Shown here: in pieces, positions 16,164-24,914 of the stretch
Position numbering within the stretch: position 1 is the first letter of the stretch
Layout: each line of letters starts with the position of its first letter
NCBI GenBank assembly: GCA_032128375.1
Contig: JAQBGU010000134.1
Span: forward strand, 1-29,543
DNA: 29,543 nucleotides
Direction of reading: 5' to 3'
Origin: Deltaproteobacteria bacterium
GTDB taxonomy: Bacteria; Myxococcota_A; UBA9160; SMWR01
The notes under the pieces: generated by a model
Databases searched by the model: none
Told to the model about the DNA's origin: nothing
The model's input: the letters and a program-made list of their open reading frames with translations, nothing else
Made by a program: the position numbers and the translations under genes

Positions 16164-16973
16164 CTACTCGCGGATCTCGTATCGGTTGAAGGTCACCAGC
16201 AAGCTTCCGACGCTGACGACCAACCAGATCACGAGTTTCAGCAGCAGGATCGCCGGGGCCACGGTAGGGACGACCGGCTCGGTCCAGGCTGCCAGCGCGG
16301 CGACGACTGCTGTGGCCAGCGGGGGTGTGACGAACTGGATCGCAGTCCCGAGCGTGCCCATGGGCATCCCCACCATCGCGAACGAATTGATGAAGCCGAC
16401 CGAGCCCACGAAAACCAGCACTGACATCGCGGTCGCAACACGTGTCATCGTCAGTGAGAGCGTCATCGCCAACGCGCCAACCACGATCGAACCCGCCAGG
16501 CAAGCCAGACCAGCCAACGCGGCTGGTGCGAGCGGCAGCCCGTTACGCAGGTGGAGCAGCGCAGCGCTACCGCTCAAAACGACCCATGCGGTCGTCATGG
16601 AAATTGCGAGCGCGCCCGCCAGACGCGCCAGTGCGAACGCACTGCGCGGAACCGGTCGCGAAAGGACCAGGCTCGCGGAGCCATCCGACAGTGGCTCTGC
16701 AAGGTGGTCCGATGACAGGATTCCGGCGAGAACCATCATCCACAGTGACAGCGAAGAGATCACCAACATTCCAGTCCAGCCCGCAATCTCACTGACTGCG
16801 ACGGCTTCGCCGTTCGCGGTGATACTGGCGGTTCCACAAGAGGTACAGCTATCGACTGCCAGCAGCGAGACAAGTGATACGAAAGCGATCATCGGAACGA
16901 TCCGGCGGCGCGTGGCATCCCAGACCGCTTCCGAAGCCAGCTCGGTGAAGATCGCCAGCGAAGAGGGCCTCAT
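16164..16973 (-). CDS. ABC transporter permease-like membrane protein
   Basis: About six hydrophobic segments, DGSASLVLSRPVPR motif, 4-bp overlap with the ATPase. Confidence 0.8.
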   Translation of the reverse strand: MRPSSLAIFTELASEAVWDATRRRIVPMIAFVSLVSLLAVDSCTSCGTASITANGEAVAVSEIAGWTGMLVISSLSLWMMVLAGILSSDHLAEPLSDGSASLVLSRPVPRSAFALARLAGALAISMTTAWVVLSGSAALLHLRNGLPLAPAALAGLACLAGSIVVGALAMTLSLTMTRVATAMSVLVFVGSVGFINSFAMVGMPMGTLGTAIQFVTPPLATAVVAALAAWTEPVVPTVAPAILLLKLVIWLVVSVGSLLVTFNRYEIRE

Positions 16974-17689
16974 CGGGGTTCGCTTCGGACCAGTCGGATG
17001 AATGCATCTTCCAGCGATTCGCCATCTCGCAGAATCGACTCGATCTCGCCCGAAGCGATCAATTGCCCCTGATTGACGATCGCGACGCTGTCGCAGGTTC
17101 GCTCCACCTCGGAAAGTTGGTGAGAACTCACCAACACCGAGCAGCCGCGTTCGCGCGCGGCCAGAATCCAGTCGCGTGCATCGCGCACACCAATCGGGTC
17201 GAGCCCCGAGGTGGGCTCGTCGAAGATAATCAGATCCGGTCTCCCGAGGAAGGCCTGCGCGAACCCGACACGCTGCATGAGACCTTTCGATAACATGCCG
17301 ATCCGCTCAGTCGCTCGTTGTGCCAGTCCGGTCTGCTCGAGGGCGCCGCTCACCTCCCGAACGGCTTCGGCGCCGCCGAGCCCGATCAGCTTTGCATGAT
17401 GGGCCAACAGCGACCGGATCGTCATCCGCGCGGGAAAGCGGACCCGTTCCGGCAGATAGCCTACACCGAGGCGCGATGCAGGATCGAACGGCGAAAGGCC
17501 GCGAAGTCGGACGATACCCTGCGTCGGCTTCGAAAAGCCCAACAGCAGACGAATCGCACTCGTCTTACCCGCCCCGTTGGGGCCCAACAGGCCGAGCGCC
17601 TCGCCGGGGGCCAACGAGAGGTTGAACCCGCGCAACGCGTCACGTCGACCGTATTGCTTCGTAACCCCTTCGAGGTCGAACACATTCAT
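16970..17689 (-). CDS. ABC transporter ATP-binding protein (ABC-2/DrrA-like)
   Basis: Walker A GPNGAGKT, YLPE, LSKG signature, Walker B IIFDEP, SSH. Confidence 0.95.
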   Translation of the reverse strand: MNVFDLEGVTKQYGRRDALRGFNLSLAPGEALGLLGPNGAGKTSAIRLLLGFSKPTQGIVRLRGLSPFDPASRLGVGYLPERVRFPARMTIRSLLAHHAKLIGLGGAEAVREVSGALEQTGLAQRATERIGMLSKGLMQRVGFAQAFLGRPDLIIFDEPTSGLDPIGVRDARDWILAARERGCSVLVSSHQLSEVERTCDSVAIVNQGQLIASGEIESILRDGESLEDAFIRLVRSEPR

Positions 17690-17700
17690 CGCGATTGGGG

Positions 17701-18054
17701 TTATTCCTCGACCGCGCCGCCGCGACGGCGGATGGTCTTGGTGCCGCCCATCGCCTTGAACTGAACAACACGTCGTAGCGCAGAGTTGGCAACAGTTGAA
17801 CTGGTCGTCGAGAGAGCCAGCTTGAAGGCGTCGAAATCGCCAGTCTTCTGGAATGCCTCGACAGCATCGATCTGCGTGCGCGATGGCCGCTTGGGGACGC
17901 GCGGACCTCGCGAACTATCCTCCTCGTAGTCCCGCTGAAACGCGTCCGGCATGAATCCGCGCTTTTCCAAGATGCGCTTCACTTTGGGTGCGGCGAGTAC
18001 CTTGGCCCAGAATTCCTCGGGGGTCTTCGTGCGGGACTTGCCCTTGGCGGCCAT
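17701..18054 (-). CDS. Hypothetical basic 117-aa protein
   Basis: Strong RBS GAGGAGG, GC3-rich codons, stop 11 bp before the ABC ATPase start. Confidence 0.8.
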   Translation of the reverse strand: MAAKGKSRTKTPEEFWAKVLAAPKVKRILEKRGFMPDAFQRDYEEDSSRGPRVPKRPSRTQIDAVEAFQKTGDFDAFKLALSTTSSTVANSALRRVVQFKAMGGTKTIRRRGGAVEE

Positions 18055-18374
18055 CTGCTTCCTCCTCGCTCGTCAGAGCGATACGAGTTTACCGCGGGCA
18101 GTACACTAGCTTCCTACACCAGTGCACGAGCGATAGGTCCTCACATCGAAGCAACCAACTATAACGAGTATCGCCGATTGTCACTGTATCGAGAGATTCC
18201 CAGAATGCTTCAATCTATCGCGCGATCGTCGTTTCTAACCGGTGAACTGTCGCATACAACTTCCAGTCGGTAAATCCTGACGGGAGTGGTGATATCTACG
18301 CACTTCGATAGCCTGTAATACCGATCGGGACTCCACCGGCGGGGGCGTTGCAACTGTCGAGCGACCGAGGACTC

Positions 18375-19361
18375 ATGGCCGAAGGCGGGGGGACACGCGG
18401 CAAACACGTCATTCCCTGGGTCGTGTCCGTCGCGTTGCTCGTGTACGTGTTCAACTACGCGACCGATTGGGATCGGCTGCGCGCTGCCACCGAGGCCGCC
18501 AACCTGCCGATGTTTCTGGCCTTTGCCGCAGCCGATCGGTTGGCGTTCTTCGTTGTCTGGGCGTTGCTGCAGGCGGCAGCGCTGCGCAGGTTCGTTGCCC
18601 ATGTGCCGGTACGCTCGGTGGTGGCGATTCGAGGCGGGTCGGAGCTGCTGCGCGCCGTCAGCAACCCGCTATCGGATGCAGCTTTCTTCCTCGGCTTGGG
18701 ACGGCTTACCGGTGGCAAGATCGAAGCCGTGCTGGCCGCCGCATTGGTACCAGGCATTTGCCACTTCCTGGTGTTAACCCTGCAGATGACGCTGGCGCTA
18801 CCGTTTTTGCCCGGTGGCTTCGCACAGAATCGCGATGTGATCATCACCACCGGAGTCACCTGGGCGATTGTACTGGTGCTGGGCGTTGGGGTTCGCCTGA
18901 GTGCCTCCAGCAGGGTTCGCGTCCCTGGCGCGCGCCGAGTGCGCGATTGGCTGGACAAGTTCCCCTTGCGAGAAATCCGACCGTTCTTCATCGGGTTCGC
19001 GCTCCTGACGATCTTCGACGTCCTGATCCAGGGGCTGGCCTCACGCGCGTTCGCGGTCGAGATCGGCTGGACCGAGTTGGCCGCCAGAATCCCGCTTCTG
19101 TACATGGCGCTGATCATCCCGAGCCTGGGGAACTTCGGGACGCGAGAACTCGCATGGGCCGGTCTGTTCTCTGAGTTTGGCACGCGCGACCAGTTGATCG
19201 CGTATGCGTTCGCCGTCAATTCGGTCTTCCTGGTGCTGAACGTGCTGATTGGCATGGTGTTTTTGAAGCGGTCGCTCGAGCTGATCTCCGAAGTCCGACG
19301 CGCCAAGAAGACTGGAGAGCCTAGACCCAGCCGGCTGCTACGCGATCCCACGGACCTCTGA
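18375..19361 (+). CDS. Lysylphosphatidylglycerol synthase TM / UPF0104 flippase-like membrane protein
   Basis: RBS GAGGA; multiple TM segments; PSLGNFGTRE resembles the family P..G..G..E motif. Confidence 0.7.
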   Translation: MAEGGGTRGKHVIPWVVSVALLVYVFNYATDWDRLRAATEAANLPMFLAFAAADRLAFFVVWALLQAAALRRFVAHVPVRSVVAIRGGSELLRAVSNPLSDAAFFLGLGRLTGGKIEAVLAAALVPGICHFLVLTLQMTLALPFLPGGFAQNRDVIITTGVTWAIVLVLGVGVRLSASSRVRVPGARRVRDWLDKFPLREIRPFFIGFALLTIFDVLIQGLASRAFAVEIGWTELAARIPLLYMALIIPSLGNFGTRELAWAGLFSEFGTRDQLIAYAFAVNSVFLVLNVLIGMVFLKRSLELISEVRRAKKTGEPRPSRLLRDPTDL

Positions 19362-19631
19362 ACACACTGGCGATTCGCGGGTCGAGCTTCCGCTCATGCG
19401 ACCGATCCAGGTGAAAGGAACGGCGATGCCGTGTACGATATCGCCAGCCTCTGGGTTCACCCCCTGGGGGCGGCGGGCCGGATCGGTCTGCCTGCGGCAG
19501 CTGGCCACGGGTCCTCGAGAGCTCGAGAGTCGAACGACACGAAGATCTTCGGTCAAGCAAAACCAGCGCCTTCCATTCTGGCGGCGCCACCAACCGAGCC
19601 GCTCCTCCAAGCGGAAACAAGCGAGAAGCTC

Positions 19632-19841
19632 ATGGCCAAAAAACGGAGCAGAACTGCGGTTCTCAAGCGTCAGCGTGAAGTGAGAAAAACCGAGAAGCAG
19701 CAGCTGAAGCGAGAGAAGCGCGAAGAGCGCGGCGAGACCGATGAATCGGGCGGGGTCGTCGCGACTCAAGACGACCTGGCCGGCTACGGCTTCCCCATTA
19801 ATGATGAGGAAATCGATGGCACCGACGCTGCGTCCGAGTAA
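19632..19841 (+). CDS. Small protein (69 aa) with basic N-terminus and acidic C-terminus
   Basis: MAKKRSRTAVLKRQREVRKTEKQQLKREKREER...DDLAGYGF; overlaps the NYN gene start. Confidence 0.7.
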   Translation: MAKKRSRTAVLKRQREVRKTEKQQLKREKREERGETDESGGVVATQDDLAGYGFPINDEEIDGTDAASE

Positions 19842-20610
19842 TGCGTCCGCCGACGAACGACTGATCGCTGTCTTCATCGATTACGAAAATCTGGCCATCG
19901 GTGTGCGCCAGATGCGCAAGGGCGATTTCAAGATCGATCTGGTCCTGAGGCGCCTGCTCGAGAAGGGCCGGCTCGTCTACAAACGTGCCTATTGTGATTG
20001 GAGCAACTATCGGCCCGCCGTGCGCGAGTTTCACCGCTTCGGCATCGAGATGATCGACATTCCGCAGACCAAGGCCAGCGGCAAGAACAGTGCGGATATC
20101 CACATGGTCGTCGATGCACTCGACCTGTGTTACCAGAAACCGCACATCGACACGTTCGCGCTGATCTCGGGCGACAGCGACTTCTCCCCACTTGCGTCGA
20201 AGCTCAAAGAGAACGACCGCCAGGTTATCGGCTGTGGTGTCAAGAGCTCGACATCCGACCTGCTGATCGGCAGTAGTGACGAGTTCATCTACTACGACGA
20301 TCTGATTCGCGTATCCGAAGAACCCAAGAAGGTGGCAAAGGTGGTGGGCAAGCCGACTGCTGCTTCCAAGAAGAAACGGGACGGCTCGGACAAGATCATC
20401 GAAATCGTCCGATCCCTCGAACTCGACTACGACAAGGTCTGGGGTTCCATGGTCAAGCAAGCGATCCGGCGCCTGTACCCGTCATTCAACGAACAGTATC
20501 TGGGCTACCGGTCCTTCGCCGAAGTCCTCGAAGCCGCCGAAGACGATGGCGAGATCACGTTGGACTTCGACGAGCAGCGGGGCAACTACCTGGTCCGCTC
20601 GAAGAGCTGA
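19816..20610 (+). CDS. NYN (LabA/DUF88 PIN-like) domain protein with C-terminal OST-HTH/LOTUS domain
   Basis: VFIDYENL, RAYCDW, GKNSADIHMVVDA, SGDSDFSPL, DEFIYYD, PSFNEQYLGYRSF; RBS GAGGA. Confidence 0.92.
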   Translation: MAPTLRPSNASADERLIAVFIDYENLAIGVRQMRKGDFKIDLVLRRLLEKGRLVYKRAYCDWSNYRPAVREFHRFGIEMIDIPQTKASGKNSADIHMVVDALDLCYQKPHIDTFALISGDSDFSPLASKLKENDRQVIGCGVKSSTSDLLIGSSDEFIYYDDLIRVSEEPKKVAKVVGKPTAASKKKRDGSDKIIEIVRSLELDYDKVWGSMVKQAIRRLYPSFNEQYLGYRSFAEVLEAAEDDGEITLDFDEQRGNYLVRSKS

Positions 20611-20682
20611 CGAATCGGCGCAGGATGGCGCGAGCATCAGCGTCCGGGTGGCGACGCCGAAAAATTCGCTTGGCAAACCGCA

Positions 20683-21483
20683 TCAGCCCTTGCGTAGGAC
20701 CACCTTCCAGCGGCTCAGTTCCTCGTTCATTTGTGAGACCCGTCCCGTTCGTTCAGACACGGTTTCCCAGGCGCGGCGGGCCACGCATTCGAACAGCGCC
20801 TGCATCTGGCTCGGGTCGAGAATCTGCTCGTGCCACAGCCAGTGGGCGATGCGGGCGAGATCGCGAATGAAGCCGTTGGCATCGAAGCCAGATCCCAGCC
20901 GCGAGAATGCGAAGTCGATCGCGTAGAACGCAGGCTGCTCGGCGCGGGTGTCGACGAGAATATTTTCCGAGCTGTGCCTGCCGTGAACCAGTCCAAGCCG
21001 AGCGGCTGTGATCAGCGCATCAGCGAGCCGCTCGAAGACATCGGACGACGGAGGACCGATGCGTGCCAGATAATCGGTCAGCGTCTCGACTCCATCCAAC
21101 CAGCGAATGAAAACCAAAACGCGCTCGAGGCCGAATACATTGCGCTCGAGCGCAGCACCAAAGAAGTTCGGTGTCTGACCACCAAGCGCTTCGAACGCGG
21201 AGCCGACACGAAACTCGCGAGTCGCGTCGCGGTGGCGCGGATAGCGAAACCATAGGCGCCGCATTGCACCGTCGTAGAGCATCTCCTTGATCGCTATCCG
21301 GCCCAGCGTTGCATCCTCGACGACGAAGATGCTGCGTCGCTTGGCCCGATACACTTCGTTGCGGTGCGGGATCGCGAGCAGCTGTTGCAGCCGCGCGCGA
21401 GCACGAACGAACTCGTCTTCGCTCATGGCAGGCGGCGCCAGCCAAACGAAGCGCGAGCCAGGCTCCAGCACTTTGCCACTCAA
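20683..21483 (-). CDS. Kdo/WaaP-like lipopolysaccharide kinase homologue with atypical catalytic loop
   Basis: IAIKE, ATREF, TP, TLTDYL, LVHGRHSSENILV, IDF, RDLAR. Confidence 0.65.
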   Translation of the reverse strand: MSGKVLEPGSRFVWLAPPAMSEDEFVRARARLQQLLAIPHRNEVYRAKRRSIFVVEDATLGRIAIKEMLYDGAMRRLWFRYPRHRDATREFRVGSAFEALGGQTPNFFGAALERNVFGLERVLVFIRWLDGVETLTDYLARIGPPSSDVFERLADALITAARLGLVHGRHSSENILVDTRAEQPAFYAIDFAFSRLGSGFDANGFIRDLARIAHWLWHEQILDPSQMQALFECVARRAWETVSERTGRVSQMNEELSRWKVVLRKG

Positions 21484-21582
21484 GATGGTCTTCGTCTCCC
21501 CATTGTTTGGCGGAGAATCTCGCCCAGATTCGTCGTCGCCACCGCTGCAATTCGAGCACGAACGCCGGGGTGCGCGGCTACT

Positions 21583-21642
21583 ATAGGTGCAGGAATAGGT
21601 GCAGGAATAGGCGCAGGAATGGGCGCAGGCATACGCGCAAGC
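21583..21642. repeat. 12-bp tandem repeat ATAGG(T/C)GCAGGA, 5 copies
   Basis: ataggtgcagga ataggtgcagga ataggcgcagga atgggcgcaggc atacgcgcaagc; begins at a TACTAT -10-like box. Confidence 0.9.
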
Positions 21643-21663
21643 TGCGACGCATCGGAGTGCTCC

Positions 21664-23724
21664 TTGAGTTCAGGTTGGTCGTCCCGCGGCGATACCGCGC
21701 GTTCCCCGCTCAGCCTGCGACTGTGTGATGGAGCTGCCGTCTCGTTTGCCCTGTGGACGCTTTGCTGTCACGCACTCGTCATCGCCGGCGGAAATCTCCA
21801 ACATCTCATCGCGCTATTCGCCATCACTGCGACGCTCGCCGTGGTTTTGTGGCGGCGCTTCCAGCCGGCGCCGCCCCCGGAACTCGCCGACGATACGGAT
21901 CGCGCTATCGGTCGGGGGAAAGGTTGGGGGGACGGCACACCGGGACGCGCGCTCCGAATACTGGCACTGATCGTGGGTGTGACGGCCGCGATCACGATCA
22001 GTCCCGAAGATCATCCGGGTGCGATCTGGTGGATCACGATCGCGGTGCTCGGCGTAGCCGCGCTGCCCTTTGTGTTCGCCGAACCGCCGATAGCCACCAG
22101 ACCCGATGCGAGTCGGCCGCGAGAGTTCGCGCTGTGGGCAATTTCGATCGCGTGTCTGGGTGTAGCTTTGATCGTGCACCGACCCGACATCGACGACGCG
22201 TTCTATATCAATCTCGCCGTTGCCGCAGCCGATGCGCCGAGCCAGCCGCTGATGAGCGGCGACACGATGCTGGGCATCAACGGCCTTCCAATGCACATGC
22301 CAGCCCATCGGATCCACACCTACGAGTTGTGGAATGCTGCGCTGTCCTACATCACCGGAATCCCGACGATCTACTGCTTCCACTGGATCGCAGCGGGCCT
22401 GGTCGCTCTTTGGGTACCCCTCGCGCACGCTCGGCTGTTTCGCATGCTGACGCCGAAGCATTGGGTCTGGGCGGTCGCGGCGCTGGTGATTGTGTTGCTT
22501 GCATCAGGCGAGACGCATCGCTCGTACGGCAACTTTTCGTTCGTCCGGCTCTGGCAAGGCAAGGCGATCTATTTGTTCTTCTTCATGCCTCTCGTCTACG
22601 CATATGGGATTCGCTTTGCGCTGCGACCGAACGTCACCTCCTGGGCACTGCTAAGCGCCGCCCAGATCGGAGCGTTGGGCTGTAGCTCATCTGCTGTTTG
22701 GGCCGCGCCCGCCGGCGCGCTGATGGCAATGTGCTGCGGGCTTCGGCCGACCCGCCGCGGGCTTGCGACGTTCGCACTCGGTGCGCTCGCCTCGGGTTAC
22801 GTGTTGATTGCCGGTTGGCTATTGCGGGGCGAACTCCAGCCGATGCTCGCGACCGAGATCCTGGAGTTTCAATTCGGTGCGCAATTCGACAGCGCACTCA
22901 GCCATGTGTTCGGCAATTCTCGGCTGTTGCAGTTCGGTGTCGCGTCCGTCCTGGTCAGCTGGGCGTGTTGGGGAGCGGGCCTGGCGCGCCGATTCGCGAT
23001 TGTGTTCCCACTCGCGGTCTGGCTGGTGCTGATGAACCCGTATTGGGACGGATGGGTGTCGGCCAATTTGACCGGGCCCTCATTCTGGCGAGCCATGTGG
23101 AGCCTGCCGGCCCCGATCTTGATGACATTGGTCGTCATCGCTCCGCTTCAGTTCAGTCGCGATGGGAACCGGCTGGCACAGATTGGCAGCCGAATCGCCT
23201 GCGTTGCCGCAGTCGCCACGTTCGCGATCGGCGTGCCGCGGTTCAGCACGTTCAGTGCCGAAAACGGCGCGGCCGCCGATCTGGGAATCTGGCTCGGAAT
23301 CCCCTCCGTCAAGATTCCGCCGCTCAGCCGGAAATGGGCCGCGCTGCTCACCAAGAGCGTACCACCGGGCTCGGTCGTCGTAGCACCGCCGTATATCTCT
23401 GTGTGGATCTCGACCTTTCACGATCGCGCGTACCCACTCCAGACGCGCCGAGTCTACTTGTATCGGTTTGCGGCATTTCTCGGGCCCGAGGATGCCGCGG
23501 ATCGAACAGCGATGAGCCATTACGTCGGCGGCATGGCGACTGGGACCAACCCAGCTGCCGCATTTGCGCGGGGTCTCGAACGCTACGAGATCGACGGCGT
23601 TTGCCTGCGCGACTCACCTCTGGCACCCGAGAGTCGCCGCGTGCTCAAGACCGCTGGTTTTCGCCGGACCCACAAGGCAGACCAACACGAGATCTGGGTC
23701 CGAAAGGAAATTCGCACCGAATGA
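21664..23724 (+). CDS. DUF6077-like polytopic membrane protein (possible GT-C-type glycosyltransferase)
   Basis: Many TM segments, RPDIDDAFY, FVRLWQGKAI, FWRAMWSLP, soluble C-terminal domain. The TTG start after GGAG is inferred. Confidence 0.7.
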   Translation: MSSGWSSRGDTARSPLSLRLCDGAAVSFALWTLCCHALVIAGGNLQHLIALFAITATLAVVLWRRFQPAPPPELADDTDRAIGRGKGWGDGTPGRALRILALIVGVTAAITISPEDHPGAIWWITIAVLGVAALPFVFAEPPIATRPDASRPREFALWAISIACLGVALIVHRPDIDDAFYINLAVAAADAPSQPLMSGDTMLGINGLPMHMPAHRIHTYELWNAALSYITGIPTIYCFHWIAAGLVALWVPLAHARLFRMLTPKHWVWAVAALVIVLLASGETHRSYGNFSFVRLWQGKAIYLFFFMPLVYAYGIRFALRPNVTSWALLSAAQIGALGCSSSAVWAAPAGALMAMCCGLRPTRRGLATFALGALASGYVLIAGWLLRGELQPMLATEILEFQFGAQFDSALSHVFGNSRLLQFGVASVLVSWACWGAGLARRFAIVFPLAVWLVLMNPYWDGWVSANLTGPSFWRAMWSLPAPILMTLVVIAPLQFSRDGNRLAQIGSRIACVAAVATFAIGVPRFSTFSAENGAAADLGIWLGIPSVKIPPLSRKWAALLTKSVPPGSVVVAPPYISVWISTFHDRAYPLQTRRVYLYRFAAFLGPEDAADRTAMSHYVGGMATGTNPAAAFARGLERYEIDGVCLRDSPLAPESRRVLKTAGFRRTHKADQHEIWVRKEIRTE

Positions 23725-23961
23725 AGATCGAGGGTCTCGACCCTATCCATGTCTATCGCGCGGATGCCGACGCGTCCGCTGCGTCTTACTGCACTCATTT
23801 CGGACGCTACCGAAGTCCATCGAAATCAGAACGTCCAGGACCAGACGCGGGTCTTCTTGCGACTCGGCGGACAACTCCTGGTACTCGGCCCGTTTCCACC
23901 TGGGGCGCTCGCATCCAGCCCACCGAACGCCACCGATGGTGCATACGCGAGCACGACTTGA
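23721..23961 (+). pseudogene. Frameshifted, truncated VOC/glyoxalase family gene
   Basis: MKIEGLDPIHVY.AD.DASAA.YCTHFG, then a frameshift near 23804 into ATEVHRNQ...RVFLRLGGQLLVL; ATGA-coupled to the upstream gene; second half missing. Confidence 0.65.
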
Positions 23962-24069
23962 ATGACCGCAGGGCATTCGCTGCATCTTCGGACCGGATAC
24001 TGCACTCGTTCGCTGTCGTTGGTCGCCATTGTCCGGCTTCGCCTGGCCGGGGCTTGGCACGAGAGTTGC

Positions 24070-24085
24070 TGTATCTCCCGATACA
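24070..24085. promoter_or_regulatory. Palindrome TGTATC-N4-GATACA, candidate operator
   Basis: Perfect 6-4-6 inverted repeat about 30 bp upstream of ATG 24115. Confidence 0.5.
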
Positions 24086-24114
24086 CGGTTCGCGTTCGGC
24101 AACCCGAGGAAATC

Positions 24115-24342
24115 ATGTCTACAGCCCAGGAGCGGCGGGTACCGATCCTTCTCTGGCCGTTCTACCTCGTCTGGCGAATGGTTTCGTTCGTCCTGGAGGC
24201 GGTGGGACGCGTCGCTTGTGGGGTGCTCGGTTTCGTTTTGCTTGCAGTCGGGCTCGCCCTCTCTCTCACGCTGGTCGGCGTACCGCTTGGCATCCCGATG
24301 GCCGCCGTCGGAACACTGCTGCTGCTGCGAGCGTTCTTCTAG
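24115..24342 (+). CDS. Small membrane protein (75 aa)
   Basis: RBS GAGGA; ILLWPF..VWR...GR...hydrophobic hairpin...LRAFF. Confidence 0.8.
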   Translation: MSTAQERRVPILLWPFYLVWRMVSFVLEAVGRVACGVLGFVLLAVGLALSLTLVGVPLGIPMAAVGTLLLLRAFF

Positions 24343-24421
24343 CGGTCAGCTGGCGGCTCACGAGCCAACCGAACTGCCGGAAGCCGGCGAGCTTGCCGGC
24401 GGTAGTCACCGGAAGACAAAA

Positions 24422-24775
24422 GTGACCGACACGCTGCGAGATGGCGAACTGATCGGGTTGCCCGTTTCGGCTTCGGACCTTCGATATCGCGTTAGTCTTC
24501 GGAGACATCGAAGTCGGCAAGACGCTCGGCGGCACCCGATCCAATGCTGGTGTTGTCGCCATCCACTCTCGCTGGCAAGATCTCTGGGACGAACTCCAGT
24601 ACGGCCCATTCCTGTTCCGGACCCGTGACGACGCATTCGTCGGGTACTCGGGAGTGGTGCCGGCACTGATCGGCGAACCCGGTGACATCGAATTGTTATA
24701 TGGAATATTGCCGAGCTTCCCCCATGCTTTCTACAGGCTGACCCGCGAATCTTGGAGCATTTCGGACTGGGGTGA
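24422..24775 (+). pseudogene. GNAT (RimJ/RimL-like) acetyltransferase remnant
   Basis: VTDTLRDGELIGLPVSASDL, frameshift near 24481, then GDIEVGKTLGGTRS...W..LQYGPF...FVGYSGV...DIELLYGILP joined to the C-terminal PHAFYRLTRESW. The acetyl-CoA motif (WG.G.ATE) is missing. Confidence 0.65.
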
Positions 24776-24914
24776 AGGTTTCGAAATTTTCAGCGTCGTC
24801 GCCTGCCCGCTAACTGGTGCTCGATCGAGCAGACTCCCAGAGCGGGCTATTCATGCAGGCGAGGCTGCGGTAGCACATCTTTCGGGCTATCAGGCGAAAA
24901 GGCATAGGAGTCCA

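Noticed and set aside
1291..21642. Tandem arrays as CRISPR arrays
   Set aside because: Units are 7-15 bp, contiguous with no spacers, and no cas genes are present.
21364..21663. Extended N-terminus of the 786-aa ORF
   Set aside because: Overlaps the divergent kinase gene and runs through the promoter and repeat.
22698..24425. 575-aa plus-strand ORF
   Set aside because: Out-of-frame shadow of the DUF6077-like gene that happens to include the first VOC pseudogene codons.
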